From: the human T2T-CHM13v2.0 reference genome, Homo sapiens
DNA length: 64,000 nt
Reading direction: 5' to 3' (one strand)
Assembly: GCF_009914755.1 (NCBI RefSeq)
Contig: NC_060934.1
Part shown: piece by piece, positions 1 to 13,678 of the stretch
Layout: every line of letters starts with the position of its first letter
Numbering within the stretch: the stretch's first letter is position 1
The notes under the pieces: model-generated
Told to the model about the DNA's origin: nothing
Databases searched by the model: none
Seen by the model: the letters and a program-made list of their open reading frames with translations, nothing else
Translations under genes and position numbers: made by a program

Positions 1-77
1 TGTCATAGAATGTGTGGGGTTACCCTTGAGCAGATCCATGTGGACGTATTTTAAAAATTGGTTTTGCTAGTGTTGGC

Positions 78-373
<296 letters not shown>

Positions 374-955
374 AGTGCTGGGCTTTCTGAAAGGTAACCA
401 CACAAAAAAAGAGTCCCTAACTATAGCCAACTTAAGAGTTATTGGAGTGGGGGCGGGGGGCCAAACCTATTGATCTGAGCTTTTGTCCATCCCCACCCCC
501 CCTCACCCACAAGTGACTCTAGGTGAGGCTGACCAGGGAGGCTCGGGCCAGCAATTGTCATTTGCTCAGGCGCAAGCTCTGATGGTCAAACTGCAGTCTG
601 GCCCCTCCTTGACTCTGTTGTAAAAACAGAATTCCACATCAGCTGCGTCATCCAAGGGGGGAAGAGAATTAATCAGTTAATTTTTGTGAAGACCTCGGAG
701 ATGAAAAATGACAGCATTATAATCTGAGGCAAGGCGGGTTTCACACCCTCCTCCCCCAACCCCCGAGTGAGGCGTAATCATTCCTTTTGCTTTCCTTTGA
801 ATTTTAATTTGTATAATTAGATGGCTTCCTGAAAAATTGATAAGTAGAATCTCAATCATGCAATCAAAGGAAAGATCAGCCATCAGCTTCCACAAACGCC
901 AATATTCTACTATTAAAAAAAAAAAAAGAGGCTGACTCCCATGTCTGGCTTTTTT

Positions 956-979
956 GGGGGTGGGGGTGGGGGAGGGGGG
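956..979 (+). other. G-quadruplex motif G5-T-G5-T-G5-A-G6
   Basis: Four G runs with 1-nt loops. Confidence 0.7.
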
Positions 980-1808
980 TCACTCTGTTCTGGACCTTCT
1001 GTGGGTTCCTTTCTGCACACCCCAGGCCAGTGGCACCGACCCATGTTTAGGGCTGGCCATCTTGGCTCCCAAGGCCACCAGCCTCTGGGTCTGGTCTGGG
1101 CAGTGACCATTGACTTGTGTAGCCTCAATCCTCTCCCCCGATATCTCTTGTGCAAAAAGAATGTATGAAATGTGACATTTTCCTCCTTAGCCCTCCCAAG
1201 GAGCAAGCTATTTACGAGGACTTAATTAACATAACCATCTTCCAATGACAGCCACAGGCCCTCCTTAGAGCTGAGCTGCACACAGCGGCCTCCAGCTGGT
1301 CTCCATGCTGAGCAAGCCAGCACCCCCGATCCACGCTGGCTCTGGGCTCCCTGACATCACAGCTCTCTTGGTGATGCCTGCTATGAAAACCAGGCTCCAC
1401 TCATAAATCAATTTTTCCCCCCTAAACACCAAACAATACGGGCACAAATAAGGAAGGAACAAAAGCAGAGGGAACGTGTTTCACTATTCCACTTCTGCTG
1501 AAATTGTTCCTCAAATCATGCCAGGGGCGGAATCGTGGGTGGAGGGAGTTCTAGACCCCACTCGTGGAATGAGCTTGGATGAGCTGTTCTGGAGACTCAG
1601 GCTCCTTGTCTGTAGAATGGGATGTCACTGTGATGTCCCAGAGTGGCAGTGAGGACCAGCCAGTGAGGATATGCACAAAAACACTCGGTGGGAGCCTGCA
1701 GGTCTCTGTGAGCTGCTCCTGCCTTTCCTTTGACACCCCCTTGCACACTCATCCCCGCAGCGAATAATCATTCCCTTCTGGCTGAGGCTGGGAGGTAAAC
1801 CTCAGTGA

Positions 1809-1820
1809 AGGTCAAGGTCA
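1809..1820 (+). promoter_or_regulatory. perfect nuclear-receptor DR0, AGGTCAAGGTCA
   Basis: Exact 12-bp match; contains the TCAAGGTCA (ESRR/NR5A/NR6A1) core. Confidence 0.35.
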
Positions 1821-2416
1821 ACAGGAAAGCTGTATCTTTTCAAAAGGAAGAAGAGTGCCCTGAAGCCAAACCGCACAAGAAGAAACACTACCTCCTCCCA
1901 AAAGGAAAGTTACGGGTATCACAGGCCAAACTCCAACCAAAGATCAGAAACGTGGACCTTAAATTTTATTTGCTTTAAGTGAGGGCTGTGATCTAGGGCT
2001 GAAATATTTGGTGCCAAGAAATTCAACTCATTTCTGAAGATGAACAAGGCTTGGAAAAGAAAGCCACTTGTAGATACTTGGTTGTTTCCAGAGGGGACGG
2101 GTATGGAAGATTTGTTCCGTGGAGGTATCACAGAGAATGTGACATTTTTGAAGACATGAGAGAACAAAAAGGAAAAACGGCACATTTTACAAACCCTTGC
2201 TTGGCTATCAAACTCCAACATATCCAGAATCAAGGGCAGGGGAAAGGGGAGGGTTCCCCTCATCAAGCACAGTCTAAAATCTGGGCAGGTTAATTTTACT
2301 CAATGACCATCACCAGCTCCTCGCCACCATCATGAGGTTCTCTACCAAGCGCCCTTAAGGTTACACAGCACAAAAACCTGGGATCAACTCAGTTTTATAG
2401 ACCCTCTCGATTTCTT

Positions 2417-2724
2417 TTCTTTTTCTATTTCTTTTTCTTTTTTGAGAAGGAGTCTTGCTCTGTCGCCCAGGCTGGAGTGCAGGGGCGCAATCTGGGCTCA
2501 CTGCAAGCTCCGCCTCCCAGGTTCACGCCATTCTCCTCCCTCACAGCCTCCCGAGTAGCTGGGACTACAAGTGCCGCCACCACGCCCGGCTACTTTTTGT
2601 ACTTTTAGTAGAGACTGGGTTTCACCGTGTTAGCCAGGATGGTCTCGATCTCCTGACCTCGTGATCTGTCTGCCTCAGCCTCCCAAAGTGCTGGGATTAT
2701 AGGTGTAAGCAACCGTGCCCGGCC
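2417..2724 (-). mobile_element. AluY with 17-bp TSD
   Basis: Y diagnostics (ctgcaagctccgcc, ttagccaggatggtctcgatc); TSD gaccctctcgatttctt at 2400-2416 and 2725-2741. Confidence 0.95.
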
Positions 2725-3627
2725 GACCCTCTCGATTTCTTGACTCCACTTCCTAGCCTTCATCAAGAATAGGCAGCTGAAGGGATTTATAGAGTAAGTG
2801 CATGCCTTTGACAGTGCCTTTCTTCAAAATGAAATTTCTCTCAAATCCAGTTAAACATGATGATGGCTTTCAATTCTTTCAAGGAAATCTATTTAAACAT
2901 TCTGTTAATAAAGGCAGACCGAGTTTCACAATATGCTCACAAATTAATATCATCGTAGTTAAGCAAGTCCTGCCAAAATTCTCTGAGTGTGTCCCCGGAG
3001 AACTCAGATCTCACTGTTAAGCATGAGTGGGGCGCAGACTTTCTGTTTGAGAGGTTGAGGCGATCCAATGCAGGAAGAAAAGATTCCCTGCAACCCAGAT
3101 GGCCGCATCAATGCACAAGGTCCACCACCCTTCTGAGCCTGGGATCCCAAACGACAGGACTCACTCCTGGAAAGCTTCCTTCACCGCAGCCTACAGGGCC
3201 TCTCAGTGCACCCACAGGCTCATCCAGGAGCCTGTGCGACCACTGTGCCAAGATGAGGAGACAGCAACAGTCCAGGCGGTGGTGACACCCAGCTCTTGCA
3301 CACATAGCCGAGGATCCTGCTGGTGTGGTGCCGGCTGGTGTGGTGCTGGCGGCACATCTGCAGATACGGTGCCAGTTAACAGGGCCTTGAGAACGCCAGC
3401 CCACCAATGACTTCTGCCCAGAAAACACTCTGACTTTTCATCCGGAGTTAACAGAGCCACATGTGCTCAGGCCACCTCAAAAGAGCACATTCCATAGGCT
3501 TCAGAAGCCAAACTTGTGCAACAGATGTCTTTCTTAGGAAGAGAGCTGGGTAGAATCTTCTGAACGGGTGATGAGCATTTTATTTTGTAAACTACACTTG
3601 GAAAAAACTACTAAAAACCAGATATAA

Positions 3628-3790
3628 GCAGGGCACAGTGGCGTGTGCCTCTAGTCTCCCTCCTCAGAAGGCTGAGACGGGCAGCTCTCTTGAGGCTGTG
3701 ATGTGCCACGATCGCACCTGTGAATAAAGCCACTGCACTCCAGCCTGGGCCACCCGGCGAGAGCCTGTCTCAAACTTAAAGCAACAGCAA
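3628..3790 (+). mobile_element. fossil Alu monomer (FAM/FRAM-like)
   Basis: Single arm with the 7SL-type ctgtgaata..gccactgcactccagcc segment; TSD ccagatataa. Confidence 0.8.
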
Positions 3791-3995
3791 AGCCAGATAT
3801 AACAAAATAAACGTCCTAAAGGAGTCAGGGATCAGTGGGTCAAAAAGCACTGGCCCAGCCTTTGATTAAATGGCAACCGCAACACCACAATTAATAACAA
3901 AATTACTAAAACTGTACTTTAAAGGAAGGAAATGAAGCTTTTTGAGAAAATCAGGATAGGAAATGAGCTTAATGGAGCCAATCTTCAGAACGGCA

Positions 3996-4345
3996 GCTAT
4001 GGACCGAATGCTTGTGTACCCTAAAATTCTTCCATGCTGAATGCTGGATTCGTGAATGTGCAAACCCTAATGCCCACAGCGATTGTATCTGGGTGCTGGG
4101 CCTCTGGAGGTGATTCATGAGGCTCTGCCCTCAGGAACAGGATTATTACCCAGTCCGTAGTACCCAATAGATGATCTTGCTGCCCCACGCGAGGATACAG
4201 CCAGGAGGTCTACAGCCAGCAAGCAGGCCCTCCCAGATCCTGGATCTGCCAGATCATTAGTTTTACATTTCCTAGGCTCCAGAGCTGTGAGAAATAAAGC
4301 CACTCAGTCGATGGTATTTTTCTTACAGCAGCCCGAACTAAGACA
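3996..4345 (+). mobile_element. MaLR solo LTR (MLT1A-like)
   Basis: gctatggac start, ctgtgagaaataaa, ctaagaca end. Confidence 0.75.
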
Positions 4346-4376
4346 ATGGCCAAAAGTGAATATTGCTTCCTGATTA

Positions 4377-4382
4377 TTTATT
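4377..4382 (-). terminator. candidate distal polyadenylation signal AATAAA
   Basis: tttatt on +, in an AT-rich patch downstream of the inverted Alu pair. Confidence 0.3.
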
Positions 4383-4528
4383 AATTTTTGCAAATTTAGT
4401 TTTATGTTTTTGGGGATTAAGAGGGTGTCTGACTTCCTATACACTACCAATAAAGAGGCGTACAGGAAAATCTCCCTCTCCAAGGGCCCCCATACCATGC
4501 CCTAAAGGTAACTAGCAGGACCCTTTCT

Positions 4529-4795
4529 TTCTTTTTTGGAGACAGATTCTCGCTTTGTTGCCCAGGGAATCTCAGCTGACTGCAACCTCCACTTCTCGAG
4601 TTCAAGTGATTCTCCTGCTGTAGCCTCCCAAGTAGCTGGGCACAAGCCACCAAGCCCAGCAAATTTTTGTATTTTTAGTAGACACAGGGTTTCACCACGT
4701 TGGCCAGGCTGGTCTCAAACTCCTGACTTCAGGTGTCCTGACCCCTCGGCCTCCCAAAGTGCTGGGATTACAGGCGTGAGCCACCAAGCCCAGTC
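4529..4795 (-). mobile_element. Alu (AluS-like)
   Basis: Alu consensus; flanking gaccctttct repeat. Confidence 0.9.
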
Positions 4796-5235
4796 GTGAC
4801 CCTTTCTAATATACACATTGAAGTTTCACTCTGGTTCCACCATCAAAGAAAGGCTAGGGAGCTCATATTTCCCCAGGGAGCACCCAGCAGCCCAACCCCA
4901 GAGTGACATGGTCACACCCTGGTCACATGCCCTCGATCAGTTCCAAGGGCCCCACCCTCTAATTCCCTAGGGCTGATGCAATGCAGGAAACCCAGCTGTA
5001 GCCAACACAGGGCTACAATCCACTTCCCACACCCCAAGGCTAGGTATGCTACAGAATTCACAAGTGCTTGGGTTTAAAAAAAAAATACATGGCTTCCACA
5101 ATCTATTACGGTGTACCCCCCAAATCATCTAAATGCCTGTGCCAGAACAGATAATCATACTGACCCAACTGCATTAAGAAAGAATATAAAAAATAGACTC
5201 AACAATTTAGGGCAGGTCAAATTCTGCCGCTATCA

Positions 5236-5560
<325 letters not shown>

Positions 5561-6645
5561 GAATTTGGATATGAGGCTAAGGAATGTGGATCTGTGATTC
5601 TGTTCTGTCCATCTAACTCCCACCAAAACATTCTTAGGGGCTTTGAAATGACCAAAAAATTAAAAGTGAAGCCCCTGTAAGTTACACAGAGTAAGAAACA
5701 TCAAAGAAATGTACACAGCAAGTCTCTGAGCACATGGAGTCAGTGCTAGGAGAGGGCACACTATGAGGCTCTGGGCTGCCACACAGAAGGAGGTGAGCAA
5801 ATCTAAAAACCAGGCTTTCCCTTGGCCAACAAAGCTGAGTAAATCCTCCCGTTTTGGTTAAGGGTTGTTAGCACACGAAAATACATTTCCTCGTGTTAAA
5901 TGCAAGACTCCAAAATTCTAAATATTTTCACTTGCTAAAAGCTATAATCAAGAACAGAAGACTTGAGCAGAAAGAATTTGTGATTTTCCTAATTGGTTGT
6001 TTGATTTGTGTCATAATGGAAATTAAGTGTTGGTCTTTGTTGCTAAAGAAAATGAGCCATTCTTGTGTTTAGGATTTTCACACAGTTTAAAAGAACTTGT
6101 CTTCCAAATATGCCTTAAAAATAAACTGTATATTAGTTTTAATAGTGTTATTTAATAATAAAGGTTAAGCAAAAAAAAAGGGATAAAAGCAAATAAGCAA
6201 ACAAACTAAATGACACCTCTTATTCCTGTCTGTTTAGACTTGAGGAATCAGGAATGCAGATCAATTTTTCCTTTTCTAGTTTTCTCTTTCCTACTCTGGC
6301 ATGAAAATTTTGATCTGTAGCCGAGAAGACTGGTTGAACAGATAAAAAAAATTAGTGATCTCAAATTTTAGGCAGACAGAAGTGGTTCCACCAGAAAACT
6401 CATCTTTTGTTACATACAGTGTGCAAGAAATGATTCCAGAATGTTTATATCTGAACGTCATGCAGAGAAACTGGGCACACACAATACAATTGGGCACACA
6501 CAATACATCTGCTGTGTCCAGCATGGTGTAAAAGCACAGGGGACTGATGGCCACTAAGGGTTTTGAACTTGAGGACTTGCAAAGGCAAGAGCCACCAAGC
6601 TACACTTCTTGGAGAGAAATATCTGGAGGTTATATGCTAAACCTA

Positions 6646-7353
6646 TGCAAAACTTAATACAATTTATTAGACTATGTATTCAACTGTCAATTGTAACCAT
6701 ATTATAGAACACTGTGTTATATGTATCATATAGTATATAATAAATTATTAATGAGATAATGTTAAACATTGCTGTCTTAATATATGAAATGGGGGAAGAT
6801 TTAATCCTCCTAACTTTTAATTATTTAGCTTACACTTAACACATGAATTGCCCTTGTATTTAAATATCAAATAAAGGCAATTATAGGAATTAGCTACTTA
6901 TCAAACAAATTGCAATGATGAGATATGAATTTGTAAAAAAAATCTTCAGGTTAGATTTTTAAGATGTTTGCCTTTGAATTTTGCCTCAGAGAGGCCTGGA
7001 ATCCTCGACTGATTTTATGGGGCCTCTACTGTCCTTAGGGGAACCCAACTGGCCTTCTGAGATCCCAGCCCACTCATCTCTTGACACCGTAGGGTCCAGA
7101 ATGCTTGTATAAGGACATGCTCTCTGCAGTCTCTGCTTGCTCTCAAAACCAATGGAAACCCCCACGTGGGCTGACCTTTTCCTGTTGCAGCCCTTCCTGG
7201 GAGCTGGCCCAGCCCAAGGGAGGCCTGGTGTCCAGCGATGGGGCCCTTTGGCCAGCAGAGGGCACTGCACACCCTGCATGGCCTTCCAGAGGCTGCAGAG
7301 ACAGCCATGAGCCACCATCCTCATTTCTATCCCAACTTAAGCTCTACAAGCAC
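6646..7353 (-). ncRNA. terminal exon
   Basis: Strong acceptor tcttattttctccag|GTGCTT at 7354/7353. AATAAA on the minus strand at 6663-6668, with a CA ~17 nt downstream. Confidence 0.6.
6663..6668 (-). terminator. polyadenylation signal AATAAA (proximal)
   Basis: tttatt on +, at the end of an AT-rich terminal exon. Confidence 0.55.
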
Positions 7354-7460
7354 CTGGAGAAAATAAGATCAGCTACTCCTAGAAGGGAAGGCCTGGGCCC
7401 ATGGATGAGATGCTGCATTTCCCCGAAAGTTCCAGATGTGAAAGAGGCAGAAGGTCTCAC

Positions 7461-7586
7461 CGTTCCAGCAGCAGATGCTTCGTTTCTAGGAGCATGATAT
7501 GCCAGGGGAAAGGGGATGCAGCGCCAGCGCCTACTTGTTTATCTCCCGAGACGCTAGCTGGGGGTCCCACTTTCACAGCGGAGTGA
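7461..7586 (-). ncRNA. candidate internal exon, 126 nt
   Basis: Acceptor cctccctccttcttggcctgtacctccag|TCAC; donor ACG|gtgaga; leaves a 107-nt intron to the terminal exon. Confidence 0.45.
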
Positions 7587-8050
7587 CTGGAGGTACAGGC
7601 CAAGAAGGAGGGAGGCTCCCTGCCCAGGGTGTGGAGTCCCCGACCCCAGGGAGCCAGGGGCCACCCTGACAAATGATTTTTCCATTACGTCTGCTGACAG
7701 CAACCAGTTAGTGTTGAAAATTGGAAACAACTTGGCAGAGACGGAACACACACAGAGAGGACGGTGCTGGGGAGGGGCCGGCTGGGCTGCTCCGCAAATG
7801 CCCCTTAGGCTTTCCATTACAAATGACAGCCTCTGGAGCACTATGCACACCTGATCAACAGGCTCAATTTGACTCAACACCAGGATCAGTTTGCTGTGAG
7901 ACAAGTATGATCTTAAGATATACAACTTTTTTTCCTGGTAGACACTAATTTAGAAAGGAAAGGAGATTTTTCCAACTTTCCCCAGGAATTGATTCTGGCC
8001 AGAATGCACATTAATGTGCTCTCTGGCCTCAATTTGCCCGCCTGACCACA

Positions 8051-8051
<1 letters not shown>

Positions 8052-8112
<61 letters not shown>
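8052..8112. repeat. (CA)n microsatellite, ~30 units
   Basis: Direct reading; flanked by two cctgaccaca copies. Confidence 0.97.
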
Positions 8113-8116
<4 letters not shown>

Positions 8117-8317
8117 CACCTGACCACACACATACACACACAACACCCCTTTCACCAAGTTCTAAGATGCTGGCCACCTCTTCTCCACACTGGCAGGGTA
8201 CCTGACAGTTTCTGGTTGGAGAAGAATGGGAGGGGCTGGTGTAGCCCACTAATGCCCCACTACGGGAGACAGATGTGCCTAATTCAGTCCCCACCGTCAC
8301 AGGACACTCTTTCTTAC

Positions 8318-8405
8318 CATCATTTCAAAGTCGCCACAGTTGTCACAGCAGCAGGATACCACTGAGTGATACAGCACATGCTTGGCCTGATTTGGCAGAG
8401 GATGC
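8318..8405 (-). ncRNA. candidate internal exon, ~88 nt (acceptor uncertain; alternative start 8386)
   Basis: Strong donor ATG|gtaaga at 8318/8317; weak acceptor tctatccaaag|GCATCC. Confidence 0.45.
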
Positions 8406-10365
8406 CTTTGGATAGACCCCACACACGTGCGGATCCTGGGGAGCCCCCACCTGAGCTCCGGTGCCACCTCCCCCAGGCAGCGCCTCTCCACCTTCTCTTC
8501 ATGGCTCTGATGCCACGAATACCTCACAAGCTTGCTCCAAGTCACATTCAGTGGGACTTGCTTTCACTTTCCAGGACGAGGTTCCTCTGTACAACCCACT
8601 TCAGTGTGGAACCTTCAGCAAGGAATGAGGGCTACATGGTGGCCAGGGAGAGGTGGAGACCCGCAGGCATGGTCGAAGATGGTGGGAAAGGGGAGTTCAA
8701 GCTGGACGGGCAGAGATAAGCTATCAAAGCAAACGCTGGCTGGGCTGCCAAGTGTCCGGAGAGATTATCTCAAAAACAAGCAGGAACGGCTCCCTCCAAA
8801 GGGGCCCACCTGCTGAAGGAGTGGGGACCCAGCCTTCCAAGTTCCATGCCAGCCAAGTTATAGAGTCAAACCAAATCAAGACTCTTGAGCCACCCCGCTC
8901 CAACTCTTCTGCCCAGCCTGACGTGACCAGGCCAGTGTAGCCACCGCCCCAGTGCACAGCTCAGCTCCCCAAACCCCACGTCTGTGGGGCCAACTGTTTA
9001 GGACACCAGTAGTTTGGGCATGCACTGGGATAAAAGTGCTCCAGGCACCTGGGGTGGCCCATCCTTCATTTCAACTAAGGCATCACTCATCATGCAAAGG
9101 CTGGCATCCAGGAGAGCCAACTCAGACCTCAGGAGTGGAGGATTATGTTTGCTTTATGAGGGCAGATACTCTATGCCTGGGTCCTTACAAGTATACACAT
9201 TCCATAATGCGTCTCTATCACCAAAAGCCGCTCTGCAGCATCATGGGGCACCGGTACCCTGTCTCCTGCGACAGGTCGTGGAAATGATATGTAGAAATCA
9301 GACATCCCTAACTCCAGAAAATCTCTAGATTCAAAGACACCGCTTCCCAGACCTTATCTTTTCAACCTGAGTCATAAAGAGAAAAATCTTAGTCTTATCC
9401 ACAGTTATTTAACATGAAATAAAATAGCTTGCAGCTATTCATTTTGCTTAACACGGTTTTCACGTGGAAGACGGCTACGTAACGGAAACCCAGAGGGATG
9501 AAGGCTTTGTTTGGTATCCATGACTGCACCCAAAGGGAGAGCGGGCGTCTCGCAGAGTCTGATGGGGAGGAGGAGGGTGGGACACTCCCGTGTCACACAA
9601 ATTCATCTTTGCCTATCAAATGCCGGGAAAAGGAAGGGTGGGGGTGCGGCTCACAAGAGTTCTTTTGTTTCTGTTATGGGGTGTCGCTGGGGTTCAGCTG
9701 TCTTCTTGAATCATTTCACCTGTTTCACAGTGGCTTCCAGTCCCGGTCTCCAGGTCTCTGACGAGTACACCACCCCATTTTAACACTCATCATAGCTCAG
9801 AATGTTCCAGGCTATAGCTAAAATATAAGTTAGTGGAAAGAGGTTGCTGGGGAGGAGTAGACAAGGCTCCTGATGAGAATCTTCTAGAGAACTGCAACCT
9901 TGTCATAATGAACTGGGGTCCTCACAGGCCTCCTGCACCAAAGTCCTCTGGAGAGGGAGACATCTGGATGAGGAGGGTGGATGGTGCCCATGAATACAGT
10001 CACCTATGTGGAGAATTACAGCTCATCGTGAGCTACCATCAGGGATCCTAATTTTACATGAAATCCCACTGGAGAATTCTTGACAAGGTAATGGCCATTT
10101 AAAAATCTGCTCTGAGACATTTTATGGGGATATTGTGCATGTTAGAGCCCAAGCCAGACAAATAAATGGGAAAAAAGGTCCGAGGACTCAGGATACCTGG
10201 ATCCCAAGTTTATGTCCCCACCCCAGACACCATTCGAAAACGGTACATGGAGACCCTTAGGGAAAGGCAGGTCCCTGGAGGCCCACTCCTCATGTACTTC
10301 CTGCCATAGTCATCCAAGCCTGAACATTTATGGTCTTGATGTCAATTAAGTCCCCAAAGCAATTA

Positions 10366-11100
<735 letters not shown>

Positions 11101-13199
11101 CGCCAACACATGCCAACAGACGGGAGGCTCGCACCTATCGGTGGGGGTCTGCGCTGCTGAGACCTGCAAGCTCAGGACCCCCCGGCAGGAAGCCTGGTTG
11201 TGATGCAGGGGCAGCAATCTGTGCAGAATCCTGGCTTTATTAAAAAGCTCCAAGTCAACCCAAGCCTGCTTTATGGGGAGAGGCAACCTTCACCCTCCAA
11301 TCTCGCCCCAGACAGCTCAACACGCACGGCCTGAGGTGTGCCCGTGGCCATTTCCCAGCAGTGGTCAGAGGGGCTGCAGGTCCCAGAGCTGACCCCCACA
11401 ACACGCAGGGAGCAGCCTCCTGAGAGGCTCAGACCTGTGTTCGCCAGGGGAGAGACCCAGGAGGGAATGTTCTAACCTTATTTCCCTTAAGCTGTTTTCT
11501 GTGCTCCATGTCTGGGATTTCATTGTTTGGACCGTCCTGCCTTTGTGTTGTCTGTGTTAACAACACCCAGAAGATTCCATCAGCCTCATGCCAGGGTTGG
11601 GAGATCAAAGAAAGGTGATCCCCACACGGCCCACAGAGGAGGGAAGAACCTATCAAGAACGCCCTTGGGGTCCAGCAGCAAACGGATGGTGATTGTGCCT
11701 TTGAATGCCTCAGTCCGGGCTTTGTGTATCATAGTGTGGGCTCCAGCAGGAATCTGGGGTCCACAATCACAGGCACCATCGGTTCCTGCTTGGCGGCAGC
11801 CCCAACACATTCCCATGGGAGCCCAGACGGAGCGCCCACTGGATCTCAGGCTGGAATTGGGCGCTTGGATCAACTCCATTCATATGGCTTTGGGACAGCC
11901 ACGTGCATCTCCACACTTCCCAAGTTCATGGGAAATTTTGAGAAAAACTTTTCTGACTGTCAAAGCATTCTCTCCGGTCCATTCTCAAATTCTTCCCCCA
12001 GAATGAAGTTTATGAATACGCATCACGCAGCATGCAGCCGCTGACCCCAAGTGTACTTATTTCTTCAAAACACAGAACTTTAGGAGTACAAAAGGCTTAT
12101 TCGAAGAGAGAGAAAAAAAAAGAAAACAAAACCCCACACAACTTCCAGGATAATTCAAGCATGAATCCACGGGGCCACCGAAGCCAAGGCTGCCCCTCAG
12201 GGCAGGTGCAGCATTCTCCCAGGTTTCTGGAGTACGACTGGGGGTTCATCTCTGGAGGGCCGGGGCTCCCTCACCTCCAGGAAGGATCCAGTGCATTGTC
12301 AACACAAAGGACATGGGAGCAGGAGGAGCCCACTGAAAATGACCCGCCACTCTATCTTTTGAATGGCAACCTCACTGCCCGCCGAACAGAGAGCAAGAGG
12401 ACACAGTGAAAGGTCTTTTGCAGTCCAGATTCTTGCAGCCCCTCCTGGCATCCCCCAACACAGCAGTGCAAGGAAGGCCCTCTGTCCTCTCCAGGCCCCT
12501 CCCAGAGGTTCTCCCAGGGAGGACACCCAGGGATGAGTGGCTCCTGGGCTCAGCCTGCTCCACTCCCAAGGCCCTTGGGAAATCAACAGGCTCAGCTCAA
12601 GAGAGGCAGAGAAGGGGTGAGGCTAATAGGTTTTGGTTTTTGGAAGGTCTGAGGTTAGACCCTCTGGGCTTCAGAGACAGCACTTCAGATGATGCCGGGG
12701 TGAACATCTCAGACACGCTCCTGAAGATGGGAGGGGAGATCTCAGCCCAGAGCCGAAGGTGTAGACGGGTCTGATGAGTGGGAAGACAGGAAGGGAAATG
12801 GGAACTTCACTTGGAAAAGGAGAGATGCCACATAGTTCCGAAGGGCAGGGCACTGGCCACAGACTGCCCTTCATGCCCAGCTCCACAAGAAACCAGGGAC
12901 CCGGCAGAGGATCAGATTCCACACAGGGACCCTCACTGAGGTTGCACACACATTATCTCAGTGACCTTTCCAGCCCCTACAGGACTTCTGGGGAATCCGA
13001 AGCCGGATAGCTCTGCACAGCCACCCACCGGTGACACAGGCGTGCCCACAAAACAGTAGAGGGCCATGAATTGAGGGCCATGGAGGCTTTTCTGAATCAC
13101 TGCCCCTCCCCAGAGGCCCACTGAGAGCTTTCCAAGCTGAACATGACCCTCTCCCTGAATAAGGCAGATCCCATCTACACTGTGGATGCCAGAAAAAGA

Positions 13200-13678
13200 A
13201 TCAATCCCATGGCCCCCGGGGACCCCCAACCTTTTGGAATTCATGTCCTTGTACAAGCTCTGCTTCTAAACAAACAGTAAACAGTATACACAGGTGAGGG
13301 GATGTCACTTCTGAGATTAGGTTAAAAGAGACTGTGGCTACCAGTGTGGGCATCCTCCCATCTTCCCTGCCAACTTCCCTCCCTCCCAGAGGCCAGCTGC
13401 CATGCCAGCTGCCCTAAGGAGAGACCCACGGAACAGGAAACCAAGGCCCTCAGTCCCAACAGTCCATGAGAAGCTGAACCCTCCCCGAGCCGGGCCTTCA
13501 GATGAGACCACAACCCCACTGACATCCTGAATGCAACATTGTCAGGGCCCTAGCAGGAGGCACCAAGCTAAGCTGTGCAGGTTCCTGTCCCATAGACAGT
13601 GCAAGACAATAAAGTTTTGTTGTTTTAAGCCTTTACATTTTGAGGTAATTTGTCACACAGCAATAGATAACTAATACA
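13200..13678 (+). mobile_element. MaLR LTR (older MLT1F/G/H-like)
   Basis: ccttcagatgaga; aataaa..ttgttttaagcc; gcaatagataactaataca end. Confidence 0.7.
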
